From assembly GCA_965246875.1 (NCBI GenBank), contig CBDFFU010000003.1, forward strand, positions 135,385 through 199,384: a stretch of DNA of 64,000 bases. The letters run 5' to 3'. A program made the translations under genes and the position numbers. Shown in pieces: positions 29,579 through 38,158 of the stretch; the first letter of the stretch is position 1; each line of letters begins with the position of its first letter. The DNA comes from Alphaproteobacteria bacterium. GTDB taxonomy: Bacteria; Pseudomonadota; Alphaproteobacteria; Micavibrionales; SZUA-601. The notes under the pieces are model-generated. The model was not told the DNA's origin, searched no databases, and was given only the letters and a program-made list of their open reading frames with translations.

Positions 29579-29788
29579 CTATTCAATAATGTGATGGCTG
29601 ATGATGCCAACATATAACGACCCGATAACAATGACGGCCAGCCCATAAACCGCCAGGCGCATCATCGCCCGGCGAATTTGTTTTTCGCCAATCAGCTGCA
29701 CGTCTTGCTGAGTCGATACAACTGGTTTAGGCGACGGCAAAACAAAGTCGATCACAAAACCCAACAGAAGGTCTGCCCAAAACGGCAT
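29579..29788 (-). CDS. small hydrophobic ORF inside the pnt operon
   Basis: 69 codons. Its ATG lies 1 nt after the pntAB stop (TAAGATG). It has two hydrophobic segments and fills a 227-nt gap between pntAB and pntB. Confidence 0.4.
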   Translation of the reverse strand: MPFWADLLLGFVIDFVLPSPKPVVSTQQDVQLIGEKQIRRAMMRLAVYGLAVIVIGSLYVGIISHHIIE

Positions 29789-29789
29789 C

Positions 29790-30086
29790 TTATTTCTTTT
29801 TCGTTCTGAACATTGACAACATGCGATGCGTCACGACAAAACCACCGAAAATATTGATCGACGCCAGCACGATGGCAACAAAGCCCAGAATTTTTGATGT
29901 ACTCATGATCAGCGGGCCAGCCGCCAGCAACGCACCGACAATGATGACCGACGAAATCGCGTTCGTGATGCCCATCAACGGCGCATGCAACGCCGGAGTC
30001 ACGCTCCAGATAACATGATAACCAACGAACGCTGCCAAAATGAGAATGGTCAGCCCTTCCAGAAAGAAACTTGTTTCAGCCATCAT
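29790..30086 (-). CDS. pntAB: NAD(P) transhydrogenase subunit alpha part 2 (membrane)
   Basis: 98 aa with three TM segments. Contains HAPLMGITNAISSVIIVGALL. Confidence 0.9.
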   Translation of the reverse strand: MMAETSFFLEGLTILILAAFVGYHVIWSVTPALHAPLMGITNAISSVIIVGALLAAGPLIMSTSKILGFVAIVLASINIFGGFVVTHRMLSMFRTKKK

Positions 30087-30135
30087 CTGTCTCCTGTGTT
30101 AACTGTTCTGTATCCTAGCGGCGTTTGGTTTTTTC

Positions 30136-31026
30136 TCAAGCGTTTGCATGACGCAATGTCAGGCGCACCACTTCGTTTGGTGTGTTTTTAAGCGGCAGGA
30201 TGCTGGTGCCGACACCGCTGCTGACAATCATCTGCCGCCCGGTCTCTTGAATGTGACCGTAAGACCAGGCCATGGGCGCACTCGGTGTGGCTCTGGCCAC
30301 CGGCCCAATAAACGGCAATTTAATTTGGCCGCCATGGGTATGGCCCGACAGTTGAACAACCGGCTTGTCATCAATTCCAGCAAAGGTGATGGGGTCGTGT
30401 GACAATACAATCCGGGGCAAGTCATCCTGAATGGCCTGCACAGCTTTTTGATAATCCGGCTGGCGCGTGGTGTAATCGGCCAGTCCGACCAGCCAGAAAT
30501 CCCAGCCGTTTTTGTGAATGCGAAATGACTCATTTTCAAGGACGGAAATATGTTGTGCCTGTAACGCTTTCGTCATGCCCGGCCCATCGGTATGCCAATC
30601 GTGATTGCCCAACACCGCATGCACGCCCAGAGGCGCTGTCAGCTGGCCGATAATCTCGGCAATGGGTTGCGGTGGCACATAGCTCATCGCGAATTTGCGC
30701 TGCAGCCGCGTTTGAAAATCACCGCCTAATAAAATAATGTCCGTCCGCATGGCATTTACTTGCGTCACAATATGCTGCAACACAGTCAGATCGACAGACG
30801 AACAGCCCACATGCAAATCGGTCAAAAAGGCAATCGTCAAAGGCGGCTGATTGTTTGGCCATTTCGCGGTTGCCAGATCATAAGACGTGATACGCAACGG
30901 TTTATGCAAGGGTGTTTGATAGAGTGATGCCAGCCAACCGGCACCGCCAAGACCACACAGTCCAACAAGCCCGGTGAGGCTGAAAAATTGCCGGCGTGTC
31001 ACGGCAACAGTCGCAGGTATCTCCAT
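30136..31026 (-). CDS. calcineurin-like metallophosphoesterase with a Tat signal
   Basis: Start chosen at MEIPATVAVTRRQFFSL (twin-arginine). Motifs LTDLHVG, GGDF, GNHD and SGHTHGGQ. Confidence 0.82.
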   Translation of the reverse strand: MEIPATVAVTRRQFFSLTGLVGLCGLGGAGWLASLYQTPLHKPLRITSYDLATAKWPNNQPPLTIAFLTDLHVGCSSVDLTVLQHIVTQVNAMRTDIILLGGDFQTRLQRKFAMSYVPPQPIAEIIGQLTAPLGVHAVLGNHDWHTDGPGMTKALQAQHISVLENESFRIHKNGWDFWLVGLADYTTRQPDYQKAVQAIQDDLPRIVLSHDPITFAGIDDKPVVQLSGHTHGGQIKLPFIGPVARATPSAPMAWSYGHIQETGRQMIVSSGVGTSILPLKNTPNEVVRLTLRHANA

Positions 31027-31030
31027 CAGA

Positions 31031-32236
31031 TTAAACGGCTTGTGTCGTCTGTGTCGGTGTTGTGGGGTAACCCACACCCGGATAACCCACCCCCGGATGG
31101 CCGGCCCCACCAAATTGCGGATGGACGATTTTACCGTCAAAGGTCAATGCCACGCCGCGTACAATTTCATCATCCCAATTCAGCGCCAACACCGGCCCAC
31201 GCGGATCCGTAATCAACGCCAGGAAATTCTGCAGGTTTTTCGCGTATAACTGTGAGGCATCCGCGCCGATCCGCGCCGCCAGATTGCTGTAACCGACAAT
31301 GGTCACACCATGCTGCACAGTGACCTGATCTTTCACCGATCCCGGATAATTGCCGCCGTTGCTGACCGCCATATCCACAATCACGCTGCCCGGTTTCATG
31401 GATTGCACCATCTCTTCGGTGACCAGAACTGGCGCCGGACGTCCGGGGATCAAGGCCGTTGTAATGACGACGTCCTGTTTCTGGATATGCTCGGCCACGA
31501 ACGCCGCTTGTTTTTGTTTGTAGGCGTCAGACATTTCCTTGGCGTACCCGCCGCCCGTTTCAGCATGTTGCAATTCATCGTCTTCAACCATCACAAAACT
31601 GGCACCCAGCGATTCCACCTGTTCTTTGGCCGCCATGCGCACGTCGGTCGCAGACACAATCGCACCGAGACGTTTCGCCGTAGCAATCGCCTGCAAACCG
31701 CCAACACCGGCCCCCATGACAAAGACGCGTGCCGGTGCAATAGATCCCGCCGCTGTCATCAACATCGGGAAGGCTTTTTGGTAATGATAAGACGCTTCGA
31801 GGACAGCGCGATAACCGGCCAGGTTTGCCTGGGATGACAAGACATCCATACTTTGCGCGCGGGAAATGCGCGGCACCAATTCCATGGCGCACAATGTGAC
31901 ATTTTGCGCCGCGGCGACATCCAGCAACACACGCTGGCGGTGCGGGTCCATCAGGCCCAGCACGACACAACCGGCTGGCAGTTGTTGCAATTGTTCGACC
32001 GTTGGCGATTGGACAGTCAACAGCAGGTCGGCTTCGCGCAAGGCGGCCATGCCATCGGGCACAATTACGGCACCGGCGTCTTTATAATGTGAGTCTGGAA
32101 AACCAGCAGCGGCACCGGCCTGTGCTTCCACAACCACCTGATAACCGGCGGCCGTATAACGTTTCGCCAGGTCCGGCGTGACCGCCACGCGGGTTTCATG
32201 AGCAACAGTTTCGCGCAACACGACCAGACGCAACAT
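31031..32236 (-). CDS. pntAA: NAD(P) transhydrogenase subunit alpha part 1 (dI)
   Basis: 401 aa. Rossmann segment VFVMGAGVGGLQAIATAKRLGA. Unusual C-terminal tail HPGVGYPGVGYPTTPTQTTQAV. Confidence 0.95.
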   Translation of the reverse strand: MLRLVVLRETVAHETRVAVTPDLAKRYTAAGYQVVVEAQAGAAAGFPDSHYKDAGAVIVPDGMAALREADLLLTVQSPTVEQLQQLPAGCVVLGLMDPHRQRVLLDVAAAQNVTLCAMELVPRISRAQSMDVLSSQANLAGYRAVLEASYHYQKAFPMLMTAAGSIAPARVFVMGAGVGGLQAIATAKRLGAIVSATDVRMAAKEQVESLGASFVMVEDDELQHAETGGGYAKEMSDAYKQKQAAFVAEHIQKQDVVITTALIPGRPAPVLVTEEMVQSMKPGSVIVDMAVSNGGNYPGSVKDQVTVQHGVTIVGYSNLAARIGADASQLYAKNLQNFLALITDPRGPVLALNWDDEIVRGVALTFDGKIVHPQFGGAGHPGVGYPGVGYPTTPTQTTQAV

Positions 32237-32328
32237 GCCATTATCCTCAACAAGCGATCAGCCAGAAAGCGGTTAATCTACCCCTTTGGCGTAGCATGAG
32301 CCTGTGAATCGGGCAAGTGGGAGATGTC

Positions 32329-32529
32329 TTAGGACATATGCAAAGCTTGATCGGGTGACGCACCCTCTGATCCAGCATGAACACCAAAATTTTCAGTAAA
32401 ACCAATCGATGCTGATACATCTTTATAATGAAAAGAACCATCCGATCGCATGACCAATACACGATTGCCCATATAGTGTGATGGCAACGGGTTGGTTTGG
32501 CGGAATTTTAAGGCAGTCGGTTCTGACAT
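32329..32529 (-). CDS. hypothetical small protein
   Basis: A 66-codon ORF is the only evidence. Confidence 0.3.
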   Translation of the reverse strand: MSEPTALKFRQTNPLPSHYMGNRVLVMRSDGSFHYKDVSASIGFTENFGVHAGSEGASPDQALHMS

Positions 32530-32571
32530 ATTGATAATATACCATAATCAAACAAAGACAGCAAGGGGAAT

Positions 32572-32829
32572 TTAGAATTTGTATTTTGGATCAATGTCTA
32601 GAAGCGGCTGATAAGTATGGAATGCTCTGTTAACAAAGGTTTCCTGTTTGTCAGGATTGTGGCAGGCATGCCTTTCACGACCAAACTCGATAATCTGTTC
32701 ATTAAGCTGCAACAGATAAGCGTGGTCTGGTTCCTTTTGGCACAATTCCTGAGTATACAAAGCGGCTTTTGCTGCAATCATTTGACTTATAATGCGCGTT
32801 GCAGCTTTGATATCTGATGGCTGGACCAT
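32572..32829 (-). CDS. hypothetical small protein
   Basis: 85-codon ORF with protein-like composition. No family recognised. Confidence 0.4.
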   Translation of the reverse strand: MVQPSDIKAATRIISQMIAAKAALYTQELCQKEPDHAYLLQLNEQIIEFGRERHACHNPDKQETFVNRAFHTYQPLLDIDPKYKF

Positions 32830-32893
32830 GGTTGTATCCTCTTGACATAGACTGACATATTAACCTCCAGTTCAGCCATAAACAAGTTTATAA

Positions 32894-33736
32894 TCACCGC
32901 TTCAAGGCCGTACCCAGTTGCACCGTTGCCGACCCGCGCGCCTTGGGTTGCGGCTGTGACGGGTGCGGTGCCCAGCCCAGCAGGTAAATGACGTCGAGCG
33001 TAACAATCAGCCGCCCACGGGCATCGCTATAACGTTCATGATATAGCCGCTCCACCCGCTGCCAAAAACGTTTGCCGACCGGCTGCATGCGGCGCCGGCG
33101 CAAGACATTGCTTTGCCCCAGGCCGCGCAGATCGGCCAGCAGGGTTTTGAGATCCGTATAGGTCACTATCACCCGGTCGACATCGGCAACGGGTAAAGCA
33201 AAGCCAGTCGTTTGCAGCAAGCCTGCCATATCCTGCACAGCCAGCATGGGATGCACGCGCGGGCTGACCCCGCCATACATCTCCTGCTCGGCTTCGGCCA
33301 AAACGTCACGCAATTCTTGCAAACTATCGCCGCCCAGCACACAGCCCACAAACACACCATCTGGCTGCAACGCAAAGAAATATTGTTGCAGCATGACGGC
33401 TGGATCATTCAAATTGTGCAACACCAGCTGACTGAGCACGGCGTCATAACTGTGCGGCGTTACGGGTAACATGTCGTTTGCCACGTCAATTTTTGTCATG
33501 TCAATTGGCGTATAAGTGTCAACCGTTGCAATCTGTTTGGCTGATCGCAACGCCGTATCCACAACGCACGGCTGCCAGCCAATCTCTAAAACCGTTGCGA
33601 AATCGCGTTTGATATCCAGCAACCGGTCACGCAAGACACTGGCCGTTTGCTGATGGATAAAATCATGCTGTGACCAATGGGGCAGCGCGCGCGTGACACG
33701 CCGGTGCAACACATCGCGGTCAAACAAGCTGGACAT
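32894..33736 (-). CDS. class I SAM-dependent methyltransferase
   Basis: Start chosen at MSSLFDR. Contains DAVLSQLVLHNLNDP...LQPDGVFVGCVLGGDSL. Confidence 0.72.
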   Translation of the reverse strand: MSSLFDRDVLHRRVTRALPHWSQHDFIHQQTASVLRDRLLDIKRDFATVLEIGWQPCVVDTALRSAKQIATVDTYTPIDMTKIDVANDMLPVTPHSYDAVLSQLVLHNLNDPAVMLQQYFFALQPDGVFVGCVLGGDSLQELRDVLAEAEQEMYGGVSPRVHPMLAVQDMAGLLQTTGFALPVADVDRVIVTYTDLKTLLADLRGLGQSNVLRRRRMQPVGKRFWQRVERLYHERYSDARGRLIVTLDVIYLLGWAPHPSQPQPKARGSATVQLGTALKR

Positions 33737-34547
33737 GCTGAATGGGCCCATTGCGTTTTAAAGAGGCCGGTAAAAACGACATCACAAATTGCAGTTGCTG
33801 CAATTGCTGCAGGGCGGCAAACACCGGTGGCAGGCTGCGCGCAAAATCCGTTGCATCGACCATCAGGCTGTGTTCAGCAGCCTGATCCGATAATTGCGCC
33901 AAAACACGCATCACAGCAGAACCGAACGCACCGGCAAATAAGACAGGCTGACCCGCCAGACGCGCTGCCAAGGCTGCACCCAAACTGGCAAAGAAATCCA
34001 GACCCATGTGGGACACAAGGGATTGCAAAACATCATCCGTTGTTTTTCCCGCTAAAATCTTCAATGTCTGAGCGGCCTGTTCAGACCCTTCGCTTAAACT
34101 CGCGATCACAATCACGTTGCCTTTTTCTTCGATCGCCAGCATGCCATAGGTCATAGCCTGTGCCGCTTGCGCCGGGGTACGCGCCGCATGATCAAGATCC
34201 ATCTCATACACGCGCAGATCGACATTCAACGTCGCGGCAATGGTTTTAACCGGATGGCTGTTGGCTTGCAGTGCTGCAATTGTATTTTTCGTTTTCGCCG
34301 CAGCATCAACCGGTGCCGCGTAATGGCTGGCAAACAGAATCACGCGTGGATGCGTCAATGACGGCCCGTGTTTTTGCCAACGCTGCAAATGTTGCAGGGT
34401 TGGCAACAGCGGGCCAGGCTGCACATGAGCGGCTTGTAACGGTGTCAGAAAGAGATCCGCGTTCGGCACAGCGGGTGCCGGTGGCAAATGATCCAGCAAT
34501 GGCGTGATATCGGCAAAGGCAGACGGGGTGTTGGCGTGTTTGAGCAT
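33720..34547 (-). CDS. CobT-like (nicotinate-nucleotide--DMB phosphoribosyltransferase family) protein, apparently degenerate
   Basis: The pattern VILFASHYAAPV...TIAATLNVDLRVYEMDL resembles CobT. The expected GEMGIGNTT-type motif reads ASLSEGSEQ. Confidence 0.55.
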   Translation of the reverse strand: MLKHANTPSAFADITPLLDHLPPAPAVPNADLFLTPLQAAHVQPGPLLPTLQHLQRWQKHGPSLTHPRVILFASHYAAPVDAAAKTKNTIAALQANSHPVKTIAATLNVDLRVYEMDLDHAARTPAQAAQAMTYGMLAIEEKGNVIVIASLSEGSEQAAQTLKILAGKTTDDVLQSLVSHMGLDFFASLGAALAARLAGQPVLFAGAFGSAVMRVLAQLSDQAAEHSLMVDATDFARSLPPVFAALQQLQQLQFVMSFLPASLKRNGPIQHVQLV

Positions 34548-34596
34548 GCCTTTAAACTAAACAAAACAACGGCTGGCAACAAGGGCAGCTGGACGA

Positions 34597-35595
34597 CTAC
34601 ATCGATAGCAACAGCGCTGCAAACAGGATCAAAATCGTCAACATAATGGTGACGACATGCAGCCAAACCATGCGCTGCAAGGCACCCTTGCCGATTTGTG
34701 CGGTTGCGTTCTTGTCACCCAGCCATGGCGCGCCGCGTGTCAAGGGGAACGCAATGCCAAACGCGCCGCTGACGACAGCCACCGGCCATGACATGCTTTG
34801 ATCAGGATAGAGATGCCCCTGTGTGATCATAATGCGCGCCGCCGACCAGCTTTTGGCCCTAGGCGTGAATAATGTTGCAACCAGCATGATCAAGGCGATC
34901 AAGCGGCCGGGCAGATAAAACAGCAATTGGGCGACCGCGTTGGCTGGACGGTAAAACAGCCGTTGCGTGGCATCCAGGCCTGGCGGTGCTTTCATGGCAT
35001 AGCCGATCACCCCGATCATCGCGCCATATAATGAAGGCTGACCAAAGGCCGCGGCCAGCACGGTGTAAAACAACGGGGCCGCCAGGCCACCAACCAGTGT
35101 GTCGCACATGGCCAGCATCGTCACGCGATACAAGGTTGCGGCATCAGCTTTATCCGGCAACGCCTGATTAATCTGTCGACGCGCGGCCAAAATAGCGACC
35201 GAATTTGTGGTTGGTGTTGGCAAAACCAGCACGTCACGCGCAAACGTCCACGCCACTGACCAGCCCCAAATGGAAAACCATACGCCGTAAACAATATAAG
35301 GATTGAACCGTGCCACCCGCGCCAGGCCCAGCGCCAGCAAAATACCGACAACCACCATCACCAGCACCGCCAGCGCCCCGCGCTTTTGCAGCTCCCGCGA
35401 ATTGCGGTTGGTGCGCGCCAGTTTTTGCTGTAGCCATTTCCAGATCGTAAACGGGATGCCCAACAAAGGTTGCAAGTAATCCCGCAACCCCGGCACCATC
35501 AACCGCGTCCCAATATCCGCCAGCAATGCGAAGATAATCAACGATAAAGGGGCAAGGAGACGGGAGAGGTCGATGGCGAAAGATAGAGATGGCAT
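34597..35595 (-). CDS. CobD/CbiB-family membrane protein
   Basis: 332 aa and polytopic. Assignment rests on family-like topology and its position beside the CobT-like gene, so it is tentative. Confidence 0.55.
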   Translation of the reverse strand: MPSLSFAIDLSRLLAPLSLIIFALLADIGTRLMVPGLRDYLQPLLGIPFTIWKWLQQKLARTNRNSRELQKRGALAVLVMVVVGILLALGLARVARFNPYIVYGVWFSIWGWSVAWTFARDVLVLPTPTTNSVAILAARRQINQALPDKADAATLYRVTMLAMCDTLVGGLAAPLFYTVLAAAFGQPSLYGAMIGVIGYAMKAPPGLDATQRLFYRPANAVAQLLFYLPGRLIALIMLVATLFTPRAKSWSAARIMITQGHLYPDQSMSWPVAVVSGAFGIAFPLTRGAPWLGDKNATAQIGKGALQRMVWLHVVTIMLTILILFAALLLSM

Positions 35596-35699
35596 GGCGA
35601 TAACCTGTTAAAGACGCCCTTACTCTATTGCAGCAAATCTTGCCAACTCATAAAGGAATCTACATTGATTGATCGAGCTTTAAAATCTTTTGGCCAAAC

Positions 35700-35945
35700 T
35701 TAAATATTGTAACCGACGCCTTTAATAAATCCGCGTGGATGTACTGTTTTTCTGTCTTCAATTTTTGTCATGAAAACGCGTCTAAACGGCGATTCATCTT
35801 TTTCGCTCCCTGTCAGCTCACCAAGCATTCTAAAACCCATTTCAGTCAAATTGCCTGTTAGAAGAAATTTTTCCTGAACGCCAGCCTTCGATTCTTTCTG
35901 TGACAATGTCGCAGATCCATAATTGCCGTCCATTAAATGAGCCAT
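35700..35945 (-). CDS. hypothetical protein, possibly a 5'-truncated remnant
   Basis: 81 codons from the first ATG. The frame stays open for 51 more codons upstream, to a TGA at 36099..36101, with no ATG, GTG or TTG. Confidence 0.3.
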   Translation of the reverse strand: MAHLMDGNYGSATLSQKESKAGVQEKFLLTGNLTEMGFRMLGELTGSEKDESPFRRVFMTKIEDRKTVHPRGFIKGVGYNI

Positions 35946-36177
35946 GGTTTCATGTACATCGTTCTCAGGATCGCGATTGCCTTTGACAAGTTCAGTCAGT
36001 GTTTGAGAAAATTTCGGCCATGGTGTAATTTCGAATGTCTTCTTTGTTTTGCCCTTTGTTCCATACAGTTTCTGGTAATTGCTATAATAATTATGAAATC
36101 AAATCTATAATTTTATGTCTTTATAGTTGAAATATAATATCTTTTATATGATCTAAACTACCAAAAACACATTCTTT

Positions 36178-36192
36178 TTAACCACGCATTAA
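36178..36192 (+). promoter_or_regulatory. CtrA-box consensus TTAA-N7-TTAA upstream of ctrA
   Basis: The sequence ttaa-ccacgca-ttaa lies 106 nt upstream of the ctrA ATG. Confidence 0.5.
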
Positions 36193-36217
36193 ACATTTGC
36201 TGAAAAAGTGGAATCAT

Positions 36218-36239
36218 GTTAATCTTAATTAAGATTAAC
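36218..36239. repeat. perfect 22-bp palindrome in the ctrA upstream region
   Basis: The sequence gttaatcttaattaagattaac equals its own reverse complement and contains four TTAA tetramers. Confidence 0.95.
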
Positions 36240-36297
36240 CCCGCGTCCGGATAGGCCGTGTGGAAATAGAATTCTACCGTCCTTGAGGAGGAACATT

Positions 36298-37017
36298 ATG
36301 CGGGTATTATTAGTCGAAGACGACAGTTCGACCGCCAAGAGTATTGAGCTGATGCTCAAAAACGAAGGCTTCGTTACCGATATCACTGATCTGGGTGCCG
36401 ATGGCCTCGAGATTGGTAAACTCTACGATTACGATATTATCCTGCTCGATCTCATGCTGCCGGATATGGACGGTTATGAAGTGTTGCGCCGCCTGCGCGA
36501 TTCGCGCGTCGAAACGCCGATCTTGATTTTGTCTGGTCTGACCGAACTTGATAATAAAATCAAAGGCCTGGGTTTTGGCGCCGATGATTACCTGACCAAG
36601 CCATTCGACAAGCGCGAATTGCTGGCCCGTATCCATGCTATTGTCCGCCGCTCCAAAGGCCATGCACAAAGCATTATTTATACCGGCAAACTGGCCGTCA
36701 ATTTGGATGCCCGCACCGTCGATGTTGACAGCAAGCCGTTGCATTTGACCGGCAAAGAATATGGCATTCTGGAATTGTTGTCCTTACGCAAAGGCACGAC
36801 CTTGACCAAGGAAATGTTCCTGAACCATTTGTATGGCGGCATGGATGAGCCGGAAGTCAAAATCATCGATGTGTTCATTTGCAAACTGCGTAAAAAACTG
36901 GCGCAAATGACCGGCGGTCACAACTATATCGAAACGGTCTGGGGCCGTGGCTATGTGCTGCGTGATCCGGAAGCCGCCAGCAAGGCAGCCCCGATAACAG
37001 AAAAAGAAGTCGCTTAA
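36298..37017 (+). CDS. ctrA: cell-cycle response regulator CtrA (OmpR-type)
   Basis: [21 protein letters not shown]...[22 protein letters not shown]...[17 protein letters not shown] gaggagg. Confidence 0.93.
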   Translation: MRVLLVEDDSSTAKSIELMLKNEGFVTDITDLGADGLEIGKLYDYDIILLDLMLPDMDGYEVLRRLRDSRVETPILILSGLTELDNKIKGLGFGADDYLTKPFDKRELLARIHAIVRRSKGHAQSIIYTGKLAVNLDARTVDVDSKPLHLTGKEYGILELLSLRKGTTLTKEMFLNHLYGGMDEPEVKIIDVFICKLRKKLAQMTGGHNYIETVWGRGYVLRDPEAASKAAPITEKEVA

Positions 37018-37038
37018 TAAGCATTTGATTTCATGGAG

Positions 37039-37071
37039 TGGCGGCAGAATTTTTTCTGTCGCCATTTTTTT
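37039..37071 (+). terminator. rho-independent terminator after ctrA
   Basis: A 10-bp stem (tggcggcaga/tctgtcgcca) followed by ttttttt. Confidence 0.78.
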
Positions 37072-37114
37072 GTCCAGATTTGCTTAACTTTCGTGATCTA
37101 CACTGGCACACGCC

Positions 37115-37636
37115 ATGACGTATCAGCTTAAAAACATCCGTATTCTTGTCATTGATAACAATCCGCCCATCCGTCAATTGCTGCGGACGTTGTTGCTGGA
37201 TCTGGGCATCGGGATGGTCGATATTGCCACGGATACGGAACAAGGTTGGAATTTATTCAGCCAGTTTAAACAGGATTTAATGCTGGTCGACTGGCCGGTG
37301 ATTGCCAGCCATCAGGCACTCGATTTTGTCCAGCGTGTGCGGCGTGACCCCACCTGCCCTAATCCTTATGTGCCAATTTTGTTCATGACCGGCTTTAGCA
37401 ATGAAGAACGTGTGTATCAGGCGCGCGATGCAGGCATTACCGAATTTCTGATGAAGCCGTTTACCGTACAAAATCTGGTCCGTTACATGACGCATATCGT
37501 CGAGAACCCGCGCGCGTTTGTCCAAGCCCCTTTGTTCATTGGCCCCGATCGTCGCCGACGACAGGATGATACGGTCTGGAGTGAAGAACGCCGCCGGCAA
37601 CAGCAATCGTTTTTATCATCATTTTCTCAAACGTGA
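37115..37636 (+). CDS. single-domain response regulator (receiver) with a basic C-terminal tail
   Basis: Receiver residues are present (LVIDNN, MLVDW, FMTGF, LMKPF). The tail reads GPDRRRRQDD. Confidence 0.85.
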   Translation: MTYQLKNIRILVIDNNPPIRQLLRTLLLDLGIGMVDIATDTEQGWNLFSQFKQDLMLVDWPVIASHQALDFVQRVRRDPTCPNPYVPILFMTGFSNEERVYQARDAGITEFLMKPFTVQNLVRYMTHIVENPRAFVQAPLFIGPDRRRRQDDTVWSEERRRQQQSFLSSFSQT

Positions 37637-37642
37637 CCTTTC

Positions 37643-38158
37643 ATGCACTCTGATCAACCTCCTGTCACTATCATTTCACCCGATAACAAGCTGAAGCAAA
37701 AGCTCGGTCATGGCGGTTTTGATAGTCACAGCATCGAAAAAGCTGAACAACGGCTGGTCGAAGCGCGCAGCGAATTTCCCAGCATTGCGCGGCGAGAATT
37801 ACACGCCATCAATTCGTCATTATTAGCGTTGTACGATCCTGTGCTTTTACTAAAAGATATTTTCGCTGCCGCCGTTGATCTCAAATCCAACAGCGGCCTG
37901 TTTTCGTATAATGCCATCGCTGCAATTGCCGACAGCCTAATTCATTTTACCGAAACGCTGGACCGCATTGACGCCAACAGCTTGATGATCATTCAGTTAC
38001 ACTACGATGCATTGCAGCTGGTGTTTGCTCAAGGTCATGACGCGATGACGCCAGAGCAACGTGCTGAAATGTTAAACGGCCTGCGCAAAGCCGTCATGAA
38101 ATATCAAAATGACGGTTTTGCCGCCGAAGAAATTACACAGCTGGACGTCTCTGAATAG
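37643..38158 (+). CDS. helical hypothetical protein with Hpt-like motifs
   Basis: 171 aa. The segments RELHAINSSLLAL and AAVDLKSNSGLFSYNAIAAIADSL resemble the HxxKG-containing helix of Hpt domains. Confidence 0.45.
   Translation: MHSDQPPVTIISPDNKLKQKLGHGGFDSHSIEKAEQRLVEARSEFPSIARRELHAINSSLLALYDPVLLLKDIFAAAVDLKSNSGLFSYNAIAAIADSLIHFTETLDRIDANSLMIIQLHYDALQLVFAQGHDAMTPEQRAEMLNGLRKAVMKYQNDGFAAEEITQLDVSE

Noticed and set aside
35596-35699. Cobalamin riboswitch upstream of the CobD-like gene.
   Set aside because: The spacer is only about 100 nt, and I see no B12-box-like conserved core on the coding strand.
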